From contig JAZDPJ010000002.1 of assembly GCA_043797705.1 (NCBI GenBank), positions 20,833 through 84,832 of the forward strand: 64,000 nucleotides of DNA. The letters are read 5' to 3'. Position numbers and translations under genes: made by a program. Below the pieces are notes generated by a model. That model worked only from the letters and a program-made list of their open reading frames with translations. It did no database searches and was not told the origin of the DNA. The DNA comes from an archaeon. GTDB taxonomy: Archaea > Nanobdellota > Nanobdellia > SCGC-AAA011-G17 > GW2011-AR17. Within the stretch, counting starts at the first letter, position 1. Each line of letters begins with the position of its first letter. Shown piece by piece: positions 27,533 through 37,698 of the stretch.

Positions 27533-27942
27533 AAAAAAAAGAAGCTGTAAGGTAGGCTTGTGTTTACTTCTTTCCTAAGGTTCTTCTTTGGGAAGCTTTA
27601 CATTTCCTTTTGTTGGCAGTTTCAGCAATATTTGGCTGAAAAGAATGCCGATTGTTTCAAGGTCTACTATTTATCTCACCCCTATTATGTCAGTTCTTTT
27701 AGAAAGATTGGTTTTTCTTTCCAAGGTTTGACTTTTTTTTAGGCAGAACACATAACAAATAATCTTCAGCGGTTATCTGCTCCACCCCCTAATTCTTCTT
27801 TGAGAAAAATTAGTCCAGAGTATTATAGGGGTTAAGGGTATTTAAATATGGCTTTATTCAAAAGCTACTTTCAAAATTTATAAATATTTATAAATGCTAC
27901 TCATAGAAACCTTTAAAAGCTAGTTAAAAAGGGGGTTTATGG

Positions 27943-28653
27943 ATGGAAAGATATTGCAGACAAGCACCAATGATTGGGGGGGAAGGGCAGAAAAAGCTTT
28001 TAGCTAGTACTGTCGCTATTGTGGGTTGCGGAGGCCTCGGATCTGTGTGTGGGGAATTGCTGGCTAGGGCTGGTGTTGGTTCTTTGATTCTTATAGACAA
28101 TGATGTTGTTGATATTACTAATTTGCAGCGTCAGGCTCTGTATAATGATTCGGATATTGGGAAGAGCAAGGCTTTGTGCTTGAAGGATCATCTTGAGTCT
28201 GTGAACAGTGATGTCAAGGTTTCTGCTCATGAGCTTAGATTGGATGATGATAATGTATCTGAAATCCTGAAGGCGGATGTTGTCTTGGATTGCACTGACA
28301 GGGTTGATAGCCGTAGGCTGATAAACAGGTTCTGCGTCAAGAATGGGATCCCTTGGGTGCATGGTGCTGCTGTTCAGAGCAAGGGGGAGGTTATGAATGT
28401 TCTTCCTGGCGGCCCTTGTTTTGAGTGTATCTTCCCAAATATCTCACAGGCGCCTTCTTGCGCTGAGGTCGGCATCTTGAATTCCACCCCTCATGTTGTT
28501 GCTTCTTTGCAGGTTGTTGAGACAATAAAGCTTTTGCTTGGTGAGTCTCCTGAGAGGGATTTGTTGAGGCTGGATGTTTATAACTATTTTATTGATAGGA
28601 TTAAGATAAAGAGAAATCCGAGTTGTTCTGTTTGTGGGGGAGAAAATGTTTGA
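27943..28653 (+). CDS. ThiF/MoeB/E1-like adenylyltransferase
   Basis: Rossmann VAIVGCGGLGS, then CFEC...CSVCGG zinc motif. Overlaps thiI by 20 nt. Confidence 0.8.
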   Translation: MERYCRQAPMIGGEGQKKLLASTVAIVGCGGLGSVCGELLARAGVGSLILIDNDVVDITNLQRQALYNDSDIGKSKALCLKDHLESVNSDVKVSAHELRLDDDNVSEILKADVVLDCTDRVDSRRLINRFCVKNGIPWVHGAAVQSKGEVMNVLPGGPCFECIFPNISQAPSCAEVGILNSTPHVVASLQVVETIKLLLGESPERDLLRLDVYNYFIDRIKIKRNPSCSVCGGENV

Positions 28654-29791
28654 TTCTGTTGTTGTTCATTATGCTGAGATTGCTTTGAAGGGGAATAACA
28701 GGTCTACTTTTGAGAAGCTTTTGATTGATAATATTAGGAAGAAGGTTGATGCGGAATCTGTTAAGAGGGATGATGGCCAGATAACTATTAATTTGAATGA
28801 GGGTTTTGATTATGAAAAAGTTAAAACTTCTTTGAAGAAGATTCCAGGTATTGCTTATTTTTCTTTTGCTAGGAGTTGTGATTCAGAATTAGAAGTTTTG
28901 AAAAAGGAAGTTGTTGATTTCATAAAGGATGAGGATTTTTCTACTTTTAAGATTGATGCGCAGAGACGTGATAAGAGATATGGGGTGAAGTCTACAGAGT
29001 TGAATGCGTTGTTGGGGTCGGTTGTTATTGATGTTTATGGCAAGAAGGTAAAAATGAAGACTCCGGATCTTGTTTTGAGGGTGGAGGTTACAGGCAATGG
29101 GGCATACCTGTCTAAGGAATCTGTTCAGGGTGTTGGCGGTTTGCCTACGAATCCTAAGCAGAAGGTTGTTGCTCTTCTTTCAGGTGGTTTTGACAGTCCT
29201 GTTGCTGCTTACATGTTGATGAGGCGTGGCTGCGAGGTTATTCTTGTTCATTTTAAGAATGAGAATCAGATGGCTTCTTCTGTTGAGGGTAAGATTGTTG
29301 ATCTTGCAGGGCAGTTATCTTGCTTCCAGATTAAGACTGTGCTGTACATTGTGCCGTTCGGTAGAATTCAGAAAGAAATTATCATGCGTGTTAAGGCTGA
29401 GAGTAGGATGCTTGTTTACAGGAGGTTTATGCTTAAGATTGCTTCGAAGGTTGCCGAGGTTAATGGCGCTAGGTTTTTGGTTGTTGGTGATAGTTTGTCG
29501 CAGGTTGCTTCCCAAACAATAGAAAACTTAGAGGCTACTTATGCTGATGCTGGTGCGCATGTGCTTTCTCCTTTGATTGGTTTGAACAAGGAGGAGATAA
29601 TCAATATTTCTAGGGGGATTGGCACTTATGATATTTCTGCGCAGCCTTATGGGGATTGTTGCAGTTATTTCCTGCCTAAGCATCCTTCTTTGAAGGTTAA
29701 TGTTGGGATTTTGAGGGATATGGAGTCTCAGTTTGATGTTGGTTCTTTGGTTGGTGATGCTGTTAAGTCTGCAGAAATAAGGAAGTTTTAG
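28634..29791 (+). CDS. thiI: tRNA 4-thiouridine synthase ThiI (THUMP plus PP-loop ATPase)
   Basis: PP-loop LLSGGFDSPVAAYMLMRRG with an N-terminal THUMP-like region. Confidence 0.8.
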   Translation: MGEKMFDSVVVHYAEIALKGNNRSTFEKLLIDNIRKKVDAESVKRDDGQITINLNEGFDYEKVKTSLKKIPGIAYFSFARSCDSELEVLKKEVVDFIKDEDFSTFKIDAQRRDKRYGVKSTELNALLGSVVIDVYGKKVKMKTPDLVLRVEVTGNGAYLSKESVQGVGGLPTNPKQKVVALLSGGFDSPVAAYMLMRRGCEVILVHFKNENQMASSVEGKIVDLAGQLSCFQIKTVLYIVPFGRIQKEIIMRVKAESRMLVYRRFMLKIASKVAEVNGARFLVVGDSLSQVASQTIENLEATYADAGAHVLSPLIGLNKEEIINISRGIGTYDISAQPYGDCCSYFLPKHPSLKVNVGILRDMESQFDVGSLVGDAVKSAEIRKF

Positions 29792-30124
29792 TTATTTTTT
29801 TTTCTTCGTAATGACGCCCATTTCTCCTTGTCTGTATCTCAGGCCCATTCTTAATAGGTAGGTTCCGCTGATTATCATTCCGAGTATTGAGGCTATGTAT
29901 TCTATTAGGAAGGTTCCGAGTAGGAATGTTATGGCTAATAAGGATATGCTTGGTATTAGTCCTTTTGTTTTGTTGATAAACAGTAATACTATGTTTGCTA
30001 TTACAAGCAGTATGATCAGATATCTAATGAAACTGGAGGCTGTGATGAATACTAGGATTAAGAATGATAGGAATATTGCTCCGATGATTCCTAATTGTAT
30101 TTGTAGTAGTTTTTTTGTTTCCAT
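29792..30124 (-). CDS. Small membrane protein (3 TM)
   Basis: Hydrophobic 110-aa ORF immediately downstream of the Cys-rich protein gene. Confidence 0.35.
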   Translation of the reverse strand: METKKLLQIQLGIIGAIFLSFLILVFITASSFIRYLIILLVIANIVLLFINKTKGLIPSISLLAITFLLGTFLIEYIASILGMIISGTYLLRMGLRYRQGEMGVITKKKK

Positions 30125-30126
30125 TT

Positions 30127-32211
30127 TTATTCATCCTTATCAAAGATTACTTTGCCTGTTGTTTCTATTGCCATTGTTTCTTTTTGGTATTGTACTGGTA
30201 CGGGGCTAGATGTGACTTCTGATTCGCCCATTATGCTTATGAGTGTTTTTGAGTTGAATATTATTTTTAGTAGTGAGTATCTTGGTTTGATTGTTACTCC
30301 TTCTCTCCAGAATTTTGATATTGCTCCAAGTGCGCTGAAGAATTTTCCTGGTCCTCCTTGGTCTGTGTGTACCCAGTGCGGTCCTTGTATGTCTCGTCCT
30401 TCCATTTGGAATGTCATGTAGTTGATGAAATTGTATAGGGAGTCGTAGTCTATTGTTACTGAGATGTCTGGGTTTTCATTTATTTGGTCTGATAATGTGA
30501 ATACTACATCTGGGTTTATTTGCAGGTATTTTAGGATGACTGGTATGTCTTTTTCATTGAGTTCTAGTTTGATGTCTAATGATCCTCCATATTTGTCTGC
30601 TATTCTTTGGACTAGTTCCATTTTTCCTTCGTCTGCTTTGATTGCTGCTATTTCGTCTGCACTTGGTCCGAAGGTTCCGTGTTCTTCTATTTCGTAGAGT
30701 ATCAGGTCTTTCATGAGTTCTTGGTCTGGTATCCAAGAGTATTCGTAGAGTGTTGTCCAGTATTTTGCGTTTTGCCATTCAATTGGTATGAATTTTTCCC
30801 AGACTTCTACGCGTGCGTTGTTTTTGTTGTAGGTTATTTCTATTTTTTCAAATCCTTCTGGCCATGTTGGTGTTTCTGAGCAGTATAGTGTTTCTGAGAT
30901 TTTTTCTTCGTTTTTTATTAGGAGTGCTAGTAGTTTTTTGAATCCTTGGTCTCCGTTTACTATTTTTTCTGGGTCGCTTTTTAGGAATTCTTCAAAGTAC
31001 CATATCGCGAATTCGTTATTTATTGATGGTTGTAGTGCTTTTCTTATAGCTACTAGTGATGTTAGGTCTTCTTCGCACCACCTATCACCATGTTGGAAGT
31101 TGTTTAGTTCGTTGTAGTATTCTAGCCCTTGTCCCCAGGAGTTTATGCGTATGTCTTGGTAGTCTTTTCCGCATCTTCCTTCTATTTGTGCTTCTCCGTC
31201 TGTTCTGTTTTCGCATCTTTGTGAGGGTTGGCAGTCTTGATGGCAGTTAGGACGATCTTTGCATACTTCGCTGCATTCTTGGTCCCATCGGCAGTTTTGT
31301 TTTGAGCATTCTTCGTCGCAGACTTGTTCTGTTTGGCATACTCCGGTTGTGCATAATGTTTCATTTGTGGAGGGATCTAGTGTACAGTTTTCTTCGCATA
31401 CTTCTTCTTCACGGCAGTTTACTTGGTTGCATAGGTCTTCGCATATTTCTTTTGGTTGGCAGTCTTGCCAGCAGTTTTGTTGTGTGTCGCATTTTTCTTC
31501 GCATTTTTGGTCGTCCCAGCATTCTTGTTTTATTGTTTCTTTTAGTTTTGCTCTGTATACTGTTTCGAATATTCTTTCTTCATTTTCAGCCCTATCAAGT
31601 ACTTTTTCCATGAATTCTTCGCATTTTTCTTTGTTTTGCATTTTGTTGACTTGCATTTTTAGTTCTGAGAATCTTTCTTGTAGTGCTTCCCATTCTTCTA
31701 TTGTGGGTTTTTCTTCGAATGATACTGCTTTTAGGTCTTCTATGAACTTAGCAAGTTCTGTTTCTAGGTCTGTTGTTATTGCTATCCCTTTTAGTGGTGC
31801 TATTTCATAGTCTATTTGGTAATATGCTTGTGCTTCGTATTCTCTTTTTTCATAGTATTCTCTGTCGCTTCTGTAGAAGTGCTGTGCGTTGAATAATATT
31901 GTGAAGTCTTTTGTTAGGAATTTTTTTTCATAGCGGTTGCTCCAGTCTTGGTTTTGGTCGTCTTGTGGGGATTTTGTGAATATTGTTTCTATCTCTGATT
32001 CTGTGAATGCTTTTTGGCCTTTTTGCTCCAGTTCTTCGTACATTTTGTTTTTTGTGTATTCAATGTAGACTACCAATTTGGCTGCGTCTAGTTCGCCGTT
32101 GTCGTATTGTGTTGCATATGTCTGCACTTGGTCCATGTGTTCTTGCAGTGTTGCGGAGCATAGGGGGGTTAGTAGTAATAGTGTTGCTAGAATTATTATT
32201 CCTCTTTTCAT
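30127..32211 (-). CDS. Secreted cysteine-rich repeat protein (694 aa), function unknown
   Basis: Signal peptide MKRGIIILATLLLLTPLCSAT. The central region is densely packed with Cys in CxxxC/CxxC-type spacing (CEEKCDTQQNCWQDCQPKEICEDLCNQVNC...). Confidence 0.5.
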   Translation of the reverse strand: MKRGIIILATLLLLTPLCSATLQEHMDQVQTYATQYDNGELDAAKLVVYIEYTKNKMYEELEQKGQKAFTESEIETIFTKSPQDDQNQDWSNRYEKKFLTKDFTILFNAQHFYRSDREYYEKREYEAQAYYQIDYEIAPLKGIAITTDLETELAKFIEDLKAVSFEEKPTIEEWEALQERFSELKMQVNKMQNKEKCEEFMEKVLDRAENEERIFETVYRAKLKETIKQECWDDQKCEEKCDTQQNCWQDCQPKEICEDLCNQVNCREEEVCEENCTLDPSTNETLCTTGVCQTEQVCDEECSKQNCRWDQECSEVCKDRPNCHQDCQPSQRCENRTDGEAQIEGRCGKDYQDIRINSWGQGLEYYNELNNFQHGDRWCEEDLTSLVAIRKALQPSINNEFAIWYFEEFLKSDPEKIVNGDQGFKKLLALLIKNEEKISETLYCSETPTWPEGFEKIEITYNKNNARVEVWEKFIPIEWQNAKYWTTLYEYSWIPDQELMKDLILYEIEEHGTFGPSADEIAAIKADEGKMELVQRIADKYGGSLDIKLELNEKDIPVILKYLQINPDVVFTLSDQINENPDISVTIDYDSLYNFINYMTFQMEGRDIQGPHWVHTDQGGPGKFFSALGAISKFWREGVTIKPRYSLLKIIFNSKTLISIMGESEVTSSPVPVQYQKETMAIETTGKVIFDKDE

Positions 32212-32287
32212 ATGGTAATTGGGTTTTTTTGTCTTTATATAATTTTTTATTGCTCAATTTTAAATACCTCTGTGATATTCCGGTTGT

Positions 32288-32974
32288 ATGCTGTCTGATT
32301 TGAAGGAAGATTTGGAAAAGCTTGCTAGTTCTGAGAAGGCTGAGGTTCTTTCTGGTTTTTTCAAGACTGGTAAGGGTCAGTATGCTGAGGGTGATAAGTT
32401 TATTGGGGTTATGGTTCCTTTTCAGAGGAGGATTGCTAAGAAGTACATGGACTTGCCTATGTTTGATTTGCAGGAGTTGATTTCGAGTGACATTCATGAG
32501 CACAGACTGACTGCTGTTTTTATTTTGATTGCGAAGTATGAAAAGACTTGTGATAGGTCTTTCGTTGATTTTTACTTGAAGAATCTGAAGTACATTAATA
32601 ATTGGGACTTGGTTGACCTTTCTGCTCCTAAGATATTGGGCCATTACCTGTTGGAAGACAAGAGGGATATTCTTTATAGGCTAGTTAAATCCAAAAGTTT
32701 GTGGGAGCGTCGTGTTGCTGTTCTTTCAACATTCGCTTTTATTAAGAAAGGGGATTTTGGAGATGCATTGAATATTTCTGAGTTGCTTCTGAAAGATCGG
32801 CATGATCTTATACACAAGGCTGTTGGGTGGATGTTGAGGGAGGTTGGCAAGAGGAATCAGGAAGTTGAGGAGCAGTTTCTAAATAAGTATTACAAGAGGA
32901 TGTCTCGTACTATGTTAAGGTATTCTATTGAGCGTTTTAGTTCTGAAAAGAAGCAGTTTTACATGAAAAAGTAG
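32288..32974 (+). CDS. DNA alkylation repair enzyme family (AlkC/AlkD-like HEAT-repeat glycosylase)
   Basis: Length and the ...WDLVDLSAPKILG...LWERRVAVLS...HKAVGWMLREVGKR blocks resemble the DNA_alkylation family. Confidence 0.6.
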   Translation: MLSDLKEDLEKLASSEKAEVLSGFFKTGKGQYAEGDKFIGVMVPFQRRIAKKYMDLPMFDLQELISSDIHEHRLTAVFILIAKYEKTCDRSFVDFYLKNLKYINNWDLVDLSAPKILGHYLLEDKRDILYRLVKSKSLWERRVAVLSTFAFIKKGDFGDALNISELLLKDRHDLIHKAVGWMLREVGKRNQEVEEQFLNKYYKRMSRTMLRYSIERFSSEKKQFYMKK

Positions 32975-33020
32975 TTTTTGTAATCATTTTATCTTTTGAT
33001 TTACTTCACGGTTAGTGAGG

Positions 33021-33911
33021 TTATCTTAGTTTTTCGAGTAGTTTAAGAGATTCTTTATCAAATTTGGAGAATGCAAACCATTTCTTGCCCAAATCTTTCA
33101 ATGAGGCTCCGAAATGGTATGCCTCTTTATCATCAACTATTAGAAATCTGTCGTGGGAATTTTTGAATTCCTTAATGACAATTGGAGAATACTGCGAGTT
33201 ATATTTTTTTAAATCAAGGGATAATTGCTTTGAAATTTCTTTGGTAAAAATTGTAACAGTAACATTCTTCTTTCTTTTGTTAAAAAGAATCAAAATAGAG
33301 TCATCTACATAGTTATCCACTAAAACAATTGATTTCTCGGCGTTTCTTATGATATCTGAAACAAAGTTATAGGCGTCAAACACTTGTCCGTCAAAAAATA
33401 TGCCTTTCTTAGGTTTAATATCTCTGCTTTCAAGTGCATCAAAAAGCTGATCAAATCGTTTGTTAGTCTTAATTTCATAGTTTAACTGCTTTTTCTCAAC
33501 ATAGTATAGCTTTTGAAATATCTGAGCATTTGATGCAATGAACCTCCTCATAGCAACGAATGCATCTATTATTTTTATACTTATTTCAACAGCAGTATCA
33601 CTTTTTAGAGTGCCTGAAAGCATAGCAACACCTTGTTCTGTAAAGGCTAAAGGCCTTTTTCTCAAGCCCATTTTGATGGAATTGGATATCACAAATTGTG
33701 ATTTCCAATTTTCAAATTCTTCTTTGTCTAATTTAAACATAAACTTGTCTGGGAAACGATTAATATTTCTCCTAACTGCTTGATTTAAAACTCTTGTTTC
33801 TACTTGATAAAGGGCGGCTAAATCACTATCTATCATTACCTGTAGTCCCCGGATAGTGTAAATCTTATTTTTTATCTGGTTTTCATTTAGGACAGTTAAT
33901 TCATTAGTCAT
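33021..33911 (-). CDS. ORF6N-domain (KilA-N/Bro-N-like) protein with a degenerate PLD/HKD-like C-terminal region
   Basis: N-terminal IRGLQVMIDSDLAALYQVETRVLNQAVRRNINRF... matches the ORF6N domain. C-terminal HDRFLIVDD...GASL resembles an HxK(x)4D...GSxN motif. Confidence 0.55.
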   Translation of the reverse strand: MTNELTVLNENQIKNKIYTIRGLQVMIDSDLAALYQVETRVLNQAVRRNINRFPDKFMFKLDKEEFENWKSQFVISNSIKMGLRKRPLAFTEQGVAMLSGTLKSDTAVEISIKIIDAFVAMRRFIASNAQIFQKLYYVEKKQLNYEIKTNKRFDQLFDALESRDIKPKKGIFFDGQVFDAYNFVSDIIRNAEKSIVLVDNYVDDSILILFNKRKKNVTVTIFTKEISKQLSLDLKKYNSQYSPIVIKEFKNSHDRFLIVDDKEAYHFGASLKDLGKKWFAFSKFDKESLKLLEKLR

Positions 33912-33990
33912 GGCATTCAGTCTATTTCTTTGATTTTATAACTTCTTGCAAGAAAATTCCGAAAAATTTACGGAGAACCTAAAATAGATA

Positions 33991-34109
33991 AGGGTTGCTA
34001 AAGAAGCAGTTTTACATGAGAAGCATTGTCGGGTTATGCCTCGTACCATGTTGCGTTATTTGATTGAGAAGTTCAGCTCTGGAAGGAGGAAGTTCTATAG
34101 GGGTGGTTA
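33991..34109 (+). pseudogene. Displaced duplicate of the 3' end of the alkD-like gene
   Basis: Translates KEAVLHEKHCRVMPRTMLRYLIEKFSSGRRKFYRGG*, which matches MSRTMLRYSIERFSSEKKQFYMKK* of 32288-32974. The first 23 nt are identical to 32948-32971. Confidence 0.55.
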
Positions 34110-34112
34110 GCT

Positions 34113-35813
34113 TCACATGGATATTGAGCCTTGTCTGAAGTTTGTTTTGCCTATTATTGCGTTAATTATGTAGGGGGTTCCTTTTTTTGCTTTTGCTTTT
34201 GCTGTTTTTACGGTTTTGATGAAGTCTTCAATGGTTTCTACTTTTTTTCCGTCGCCGCCATATGCTTTTGCGATTAAGTGATAATCAGAGTGTTTTAGAT
34301 TGGTTGCGACTTCGTCTTTTAGCGCTTTGATTTGGTCTCTGGCTATTTGGGACCAGCATGCGTCATTTCCTATTACTGAGATGATGGGTGTTTTGTGTCG
34401 TACGAATGTGTCGTATTCTTGGAGGCTGTATGCTGAGGATCCATCGCCGTAGATTATCCATACTTCAGATTCTGGGTGGCAAAGTTTTGCTCCTAGTGCG
34501 AATCCTGCGCCTACTCCGAGTGTGCCGAATACTCCTGGGTCGATCCAGCTTAATGGTCTCCGGGGCTGTAGTATGTAAGAGCCTGTTGCGACAAAGTCTC
34601 CTCCGTCAGCTATGATTATGCTGTTGTCTGAGAGTTGTGAGTTTAGTTCTTTGAAGAGGCTGATGGGATTTATTTTTGTTTTTGTTTTTGTCGCTGACAT
34701 TTTTTTGCTCTGCTTGCTATCGCGTTTTTGCAGGTGTTGTAGCCAGTTAGGATTATTGTTTTGCGCATATGTTGCGAGTTCTTGTAGGAATTGGTTTGGA
34801 TCTGCGAGGATTGCTTTGTTGGGTTTTTTGTTCTTGTAGAGGTCTGGTTTGCTTATGTTTATTGATACATATGTGCTTTTGATGTGTTGTCCGTAATTTA
34901 GTCTGAAGTCGCATGGAACGCCTGCCAGGATTACGAGATCTGCTTCTTTGAGTGCATCTTTTCGTTTGTGTATTAGTTGTAAGGGCTGTGTTGGGCCGAG
35001 TAGCCCTCGTGCCATGCCGGATAGGTATACTGGGATGTTTAGTTTTTCAACTTTTTCTGCAAGTTTTTCAACTGCATTTGTTCTCAGCATTGCTTGACTG
35101 CCGATTAAAAGTAGGGGTCGTTCAGATTTTTTTAGGAGTTTTTGTACATCGTTGATGTCAGCATAGGAATGTTGTTGGTATTCAGCAGTTATTTTGTCTT
35201 CTAGTGTGTATTCTTTGCTTGCAAACATGTTGTTTAGGTGGTGTTCTAGGTATTGCTGCTGGATTTTTCCAATTAGTGTGTTCGTGGAGGAGTTCCCGTA
35301 CCATTCGCGTACAGTATACTCGCCATATAGTAGGTCTATTGGGCATTCGATAAACACTGGGCCTGGTACTCCTGATTGGGAGATTCTGAATGCTTTTTCT
35401 ACTTTTGGGGCAATGTCTTTGTATCTTTTTATTGTAGTTGCCCATTTCACATGAGGGTTCATAAGCTTCATCTGGTTGATGTCTTGTAGTGAGCCGCGTC
35501 CTTTCAGGACAGTTGCTGTTGCTCCTCCGAATAGGATTAATGGGGATTGTGCAAGGTGCGCGTTTTTTACTGCTGTTATTGTGTTCGTTAGGCCTGGTCC
35601 TGCTGTTACTGCTGCTACGCCTGGTGTTCCAGAAAGCCTTGATACTGCGTCTGCTGCAAAGACTGCATTTGCTTCATGTCTTACATCGATGACTCGTATG
35701 CCTTCTTGTTTTGCTCCGACCAGAATTGGGGATATGTGCCCTCCGCATAGTGTGAATAGGTATTTTACGCCTTGTTTTTTTAGGATTTTTGATATAAGTT
35801 GTCCGCCGTGCAT
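34113..35813 (-). CDS. Thiamine-pyrophosphate enzyme, acetolactate-synthase-large-subunit-like
   Basis: 566 aa with three-domain TPP enzyme layout. The N-terminal pyrimidine-binding domain reads [17 protein letters not shown]... Confidence 0.7.
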   Translation of the reverse strand: MHGGQLISKILKKQGVKYLFTLCGGHISPILVGAKQEGIRVIDVRHEANAVFAADAVSRLSGTPGVAAVTAGPGLTNTITAVKNAHLAQSPLILFGGATATVLKGRGSLQDINQMKLMNPHVKWATTIKRYKDIAPKVEKAFRISQSGVPGPVFIECPIDLLYGEYTVREWYGNSSTNTLIGKIQQQYLEHHLNNMFASKEYTLEDKITAEYQQHSYADINDVQKLLKKSERPLLLIGSQAMLRTNAVEKLAEKVEKLNIPVYLSGMARGLLGPTQPLQLIHKRKDALKEADLVILAGVPCDFRLNYGQHIKSTYVSINISKPDLYKNKKPNKAILADPNQFLQELATYAQNNNPNWLQHLQKRDSKQSKKMSATKTKTKINPISLFKELNSQLSDNSIIIADGGDFVATGSYILQPRRPLSWIDPGVFGTLGVGAGFALGAKLCHPESEVWIIYGDGSSAYSLQEYDTFVRHKTPIISVIGNDACWSQIARDQIKALKDEVATNLKHSDYHLIAKAYGGDGKKVETIEDFIKTVKTAKAKAKKGTPYIINAIIGKTNFRQGSISM

Positions 35814-36096
35814 TTTAAGGGAGTGTCCGGGAGGTCTTTTATAAGACTTGTGAAGCTTAATTTAAGGGAGGATAGCATCCTTGATTTTAAGCCTGTTTAC
35901 AGCACTTTACTGAACCGGAAGCTTTATAAGTAACCTCACTTGCTGATTGTATATAAAATTGGAAGGCAGAGACAGAGGGTAAAGATTATGCTCATTCTGT
36001 TTCACGTGAATAACCCTCAACCGATGTTATCATTGGAAAAAACTCCTTAGCAAGAGAAGAGAGTAGCACAGTATGTTCCAAAGGAGATAAAAAAAT

Positions 36097-37419
36097 ATGA
36101 GTTTCGAAAAATTAAATGTAAGGCCGGAGACAATTACGGCATTGAAAGAGATGGGGATAGAAGCCCCTACAAAGATACAAAGTGAAGCAATTCCTTTGAT
36201 TAAGGCAGGTGAGGATGTTATTGGTATGTCAAATACTGGTTCTGGAAAGACTGCTGCTTTTGGCATTCCAATTATAGAGAGGATTGTGCCTAGGGCAGGT
36301 GTTCAGGTGTTGATTATGGCGCCTATTAGGGAGCTTGCTGCTCAGATAGCTGAGGAGCTTAAGAAGTTTGGTAAGTACCAGAGATTTAGGGTTACTACTA
36401 TTTTTGGCGGTGTTGGATTTGGTCCGCAGATTAGAAACATGTCTGAGGCAGATATCATTGTTGGTACTCCTGGCAGGTTGCTTGATCATTTAGAGAAGGG
36501 GAATCTTAATTTATCGTCTATTAATTGTATTGTTCTTGATGAGGCTGATAAGATGGTTGAGATGGGTTTCATTGAGGATGTTGAGCGTATAATTCAGGCT
36601 ATGCCTGATAAGAAGCAGGTTCTCCTGTTTGGCGCGACAATTTCTGATGAGATTGAAAAGATAAAGAATAGGTATATGCATGATCCTAAAGTTGCCAAGG
36701 CAGATAAGCTTGTTAAGCAAGAGTTTCTTTCACAATATTATTATGATATTGAGGCGCATGAGAAGTTCTCTTTGCTTGTTCATCTTTTGAGGCAGGAGGA
36801 TATCGGTCGTGCTATTGTTTTCTGTGAGAAGCGTAACACCGTGGATATTCTTATGCGTAATTTAAGAAGTCAGGGTATTAGTGTTGAGATGATTCATGGT
36901 AAATTGAATCAGAATAGGCGTCTTAAGGTTATTAATGATTTTAAGAATGGCAAACCTAAGATTCTTGTGGCGTCTTCAGTTGCTGCTCGTGGTATTGATA
37001 TTAGGGATTTGACTCATGTGTTTAATTATGAGCTTTCCAGGGATCCGCAGGAGTACATACATCGTGTAGGTAGGACTGCAAGAGCAGGGGATAAAGGTAG
37101 GGCTATAACTTTGTTAAGTAGGCAGGATCATGATACATTTAATAGTATTCTTGGGTATTATGATGTTTCTGTTGAGATTCTTCCGAATGGCGAGTTTCCT
37201 AGGTTGAAGTTTGATGCTGGTAGAAGAGATTCTGGCAGAAGGAATTTCCGTGGTCCTCCTAGAGGATTTAATGGGAATAGGGGTGGCCGTTTCAGTGGCA
37301 GGTCTAATAGGAGTAGTGGGTCTGAAGATAATTCTGCAAGGCCTGCTTGGAATAGGAATTCTTCAAGGTCTAACTCTTCGAGACCTGCGTGGAATAAGAA
37401 GCCTGTGTGGAACCATTAA
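36097..37419 (+). CDS. DEAD-box ATP-dependent RNA helicase with RGG/Ser-rich C-terminal tail
   Basis: Q-motif, GSGKTAAF, DEAD, SAT and HRVGRTARAG motifs are all present. Confidence 0.9.
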   Translation: MSFEKLNVRPETITALKEMGIEAPTKIQSEAIPLIKAGEDVIGMSNTGSGKTAAFGIPIIERIVPRAGVQVLIMAPIRELAAQIAEELKKFGKYQRFRVTTIFGGVGFGPQIRNMSEADIIVGTPGRLLDHLEKGNLNLSSINCIVLDEADKMVEMGFIEDVERIIQAMPDKKQVLLFGATISDEIEKIKNRYMHDPKVAKADKLVKQEFLSQYYYDIEAHEKFSLLVHLLRQEDIGRAIVFCEKRNTVDILMRNLRSQGISVEMIHGKLNQNRRLKVINDFKNGKPKILVASSVAARGIDIRDLTHVFNYELSRDPQEYIHRVGRTARAGDKGRAITLLSRQDHDTFNSILGYYDVSVEILPNGEFPRLKFDAGRRDSGRRNFRGPPRGFNGNRGGRFSGRSNRSSGSEDNSARPAWNRNSSRSNSSRPAWNKKPVWNH

Positions 37420-37698
37420 GTTGTGGGGAAATATAAAAAAAATAAAGATGCTGTGTTTTTACGAAGATATTTTTTTATTCTTCGTCGTCTTCATCTTCGT
37501 CATCATCGTAATATGTGCCTTTTCTTTTCATGGGTATTACCTCCTGAAAGTTTTGAATAGCCTGTAGTTTTGCGGGATGTATTTATAAACATTTTGTATT
37601 TTTTTCTATATCTGGTTATTTTAGTGGTTTTTTATCAGTTTTTTGGGTTTTAGGGCTTTTTTATTGGTAGGAGGGTATATTTTATAAATTGTAGAGTA

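Noticed and set aside
27750-27845. Imperfect inverted repeat (cccctaat…attataggggttaagggt) upstream of the ThiF-like gene, considered as a possible sRNA or C/D-box RNA
   Set aside because: No C/D or H/ACA box motifs, and the pairing is short and imperfect. It more likely belongs to the promoter region.
31259-31810. Plus-strand 183-aa Ser/Cys/His-rich ORF
   Set aside because: It is antisense to the Cys-repeat secreted protein gene. The repeat periodicity produces an open antisense frame.
37455-37530. Tiny minus-strand ORF encoding MKRKGTYYDDDEDEDDEE
   Set aside because: At 18 codons in an intergenic AT-rich spacer, it is most likely a chance ORF.
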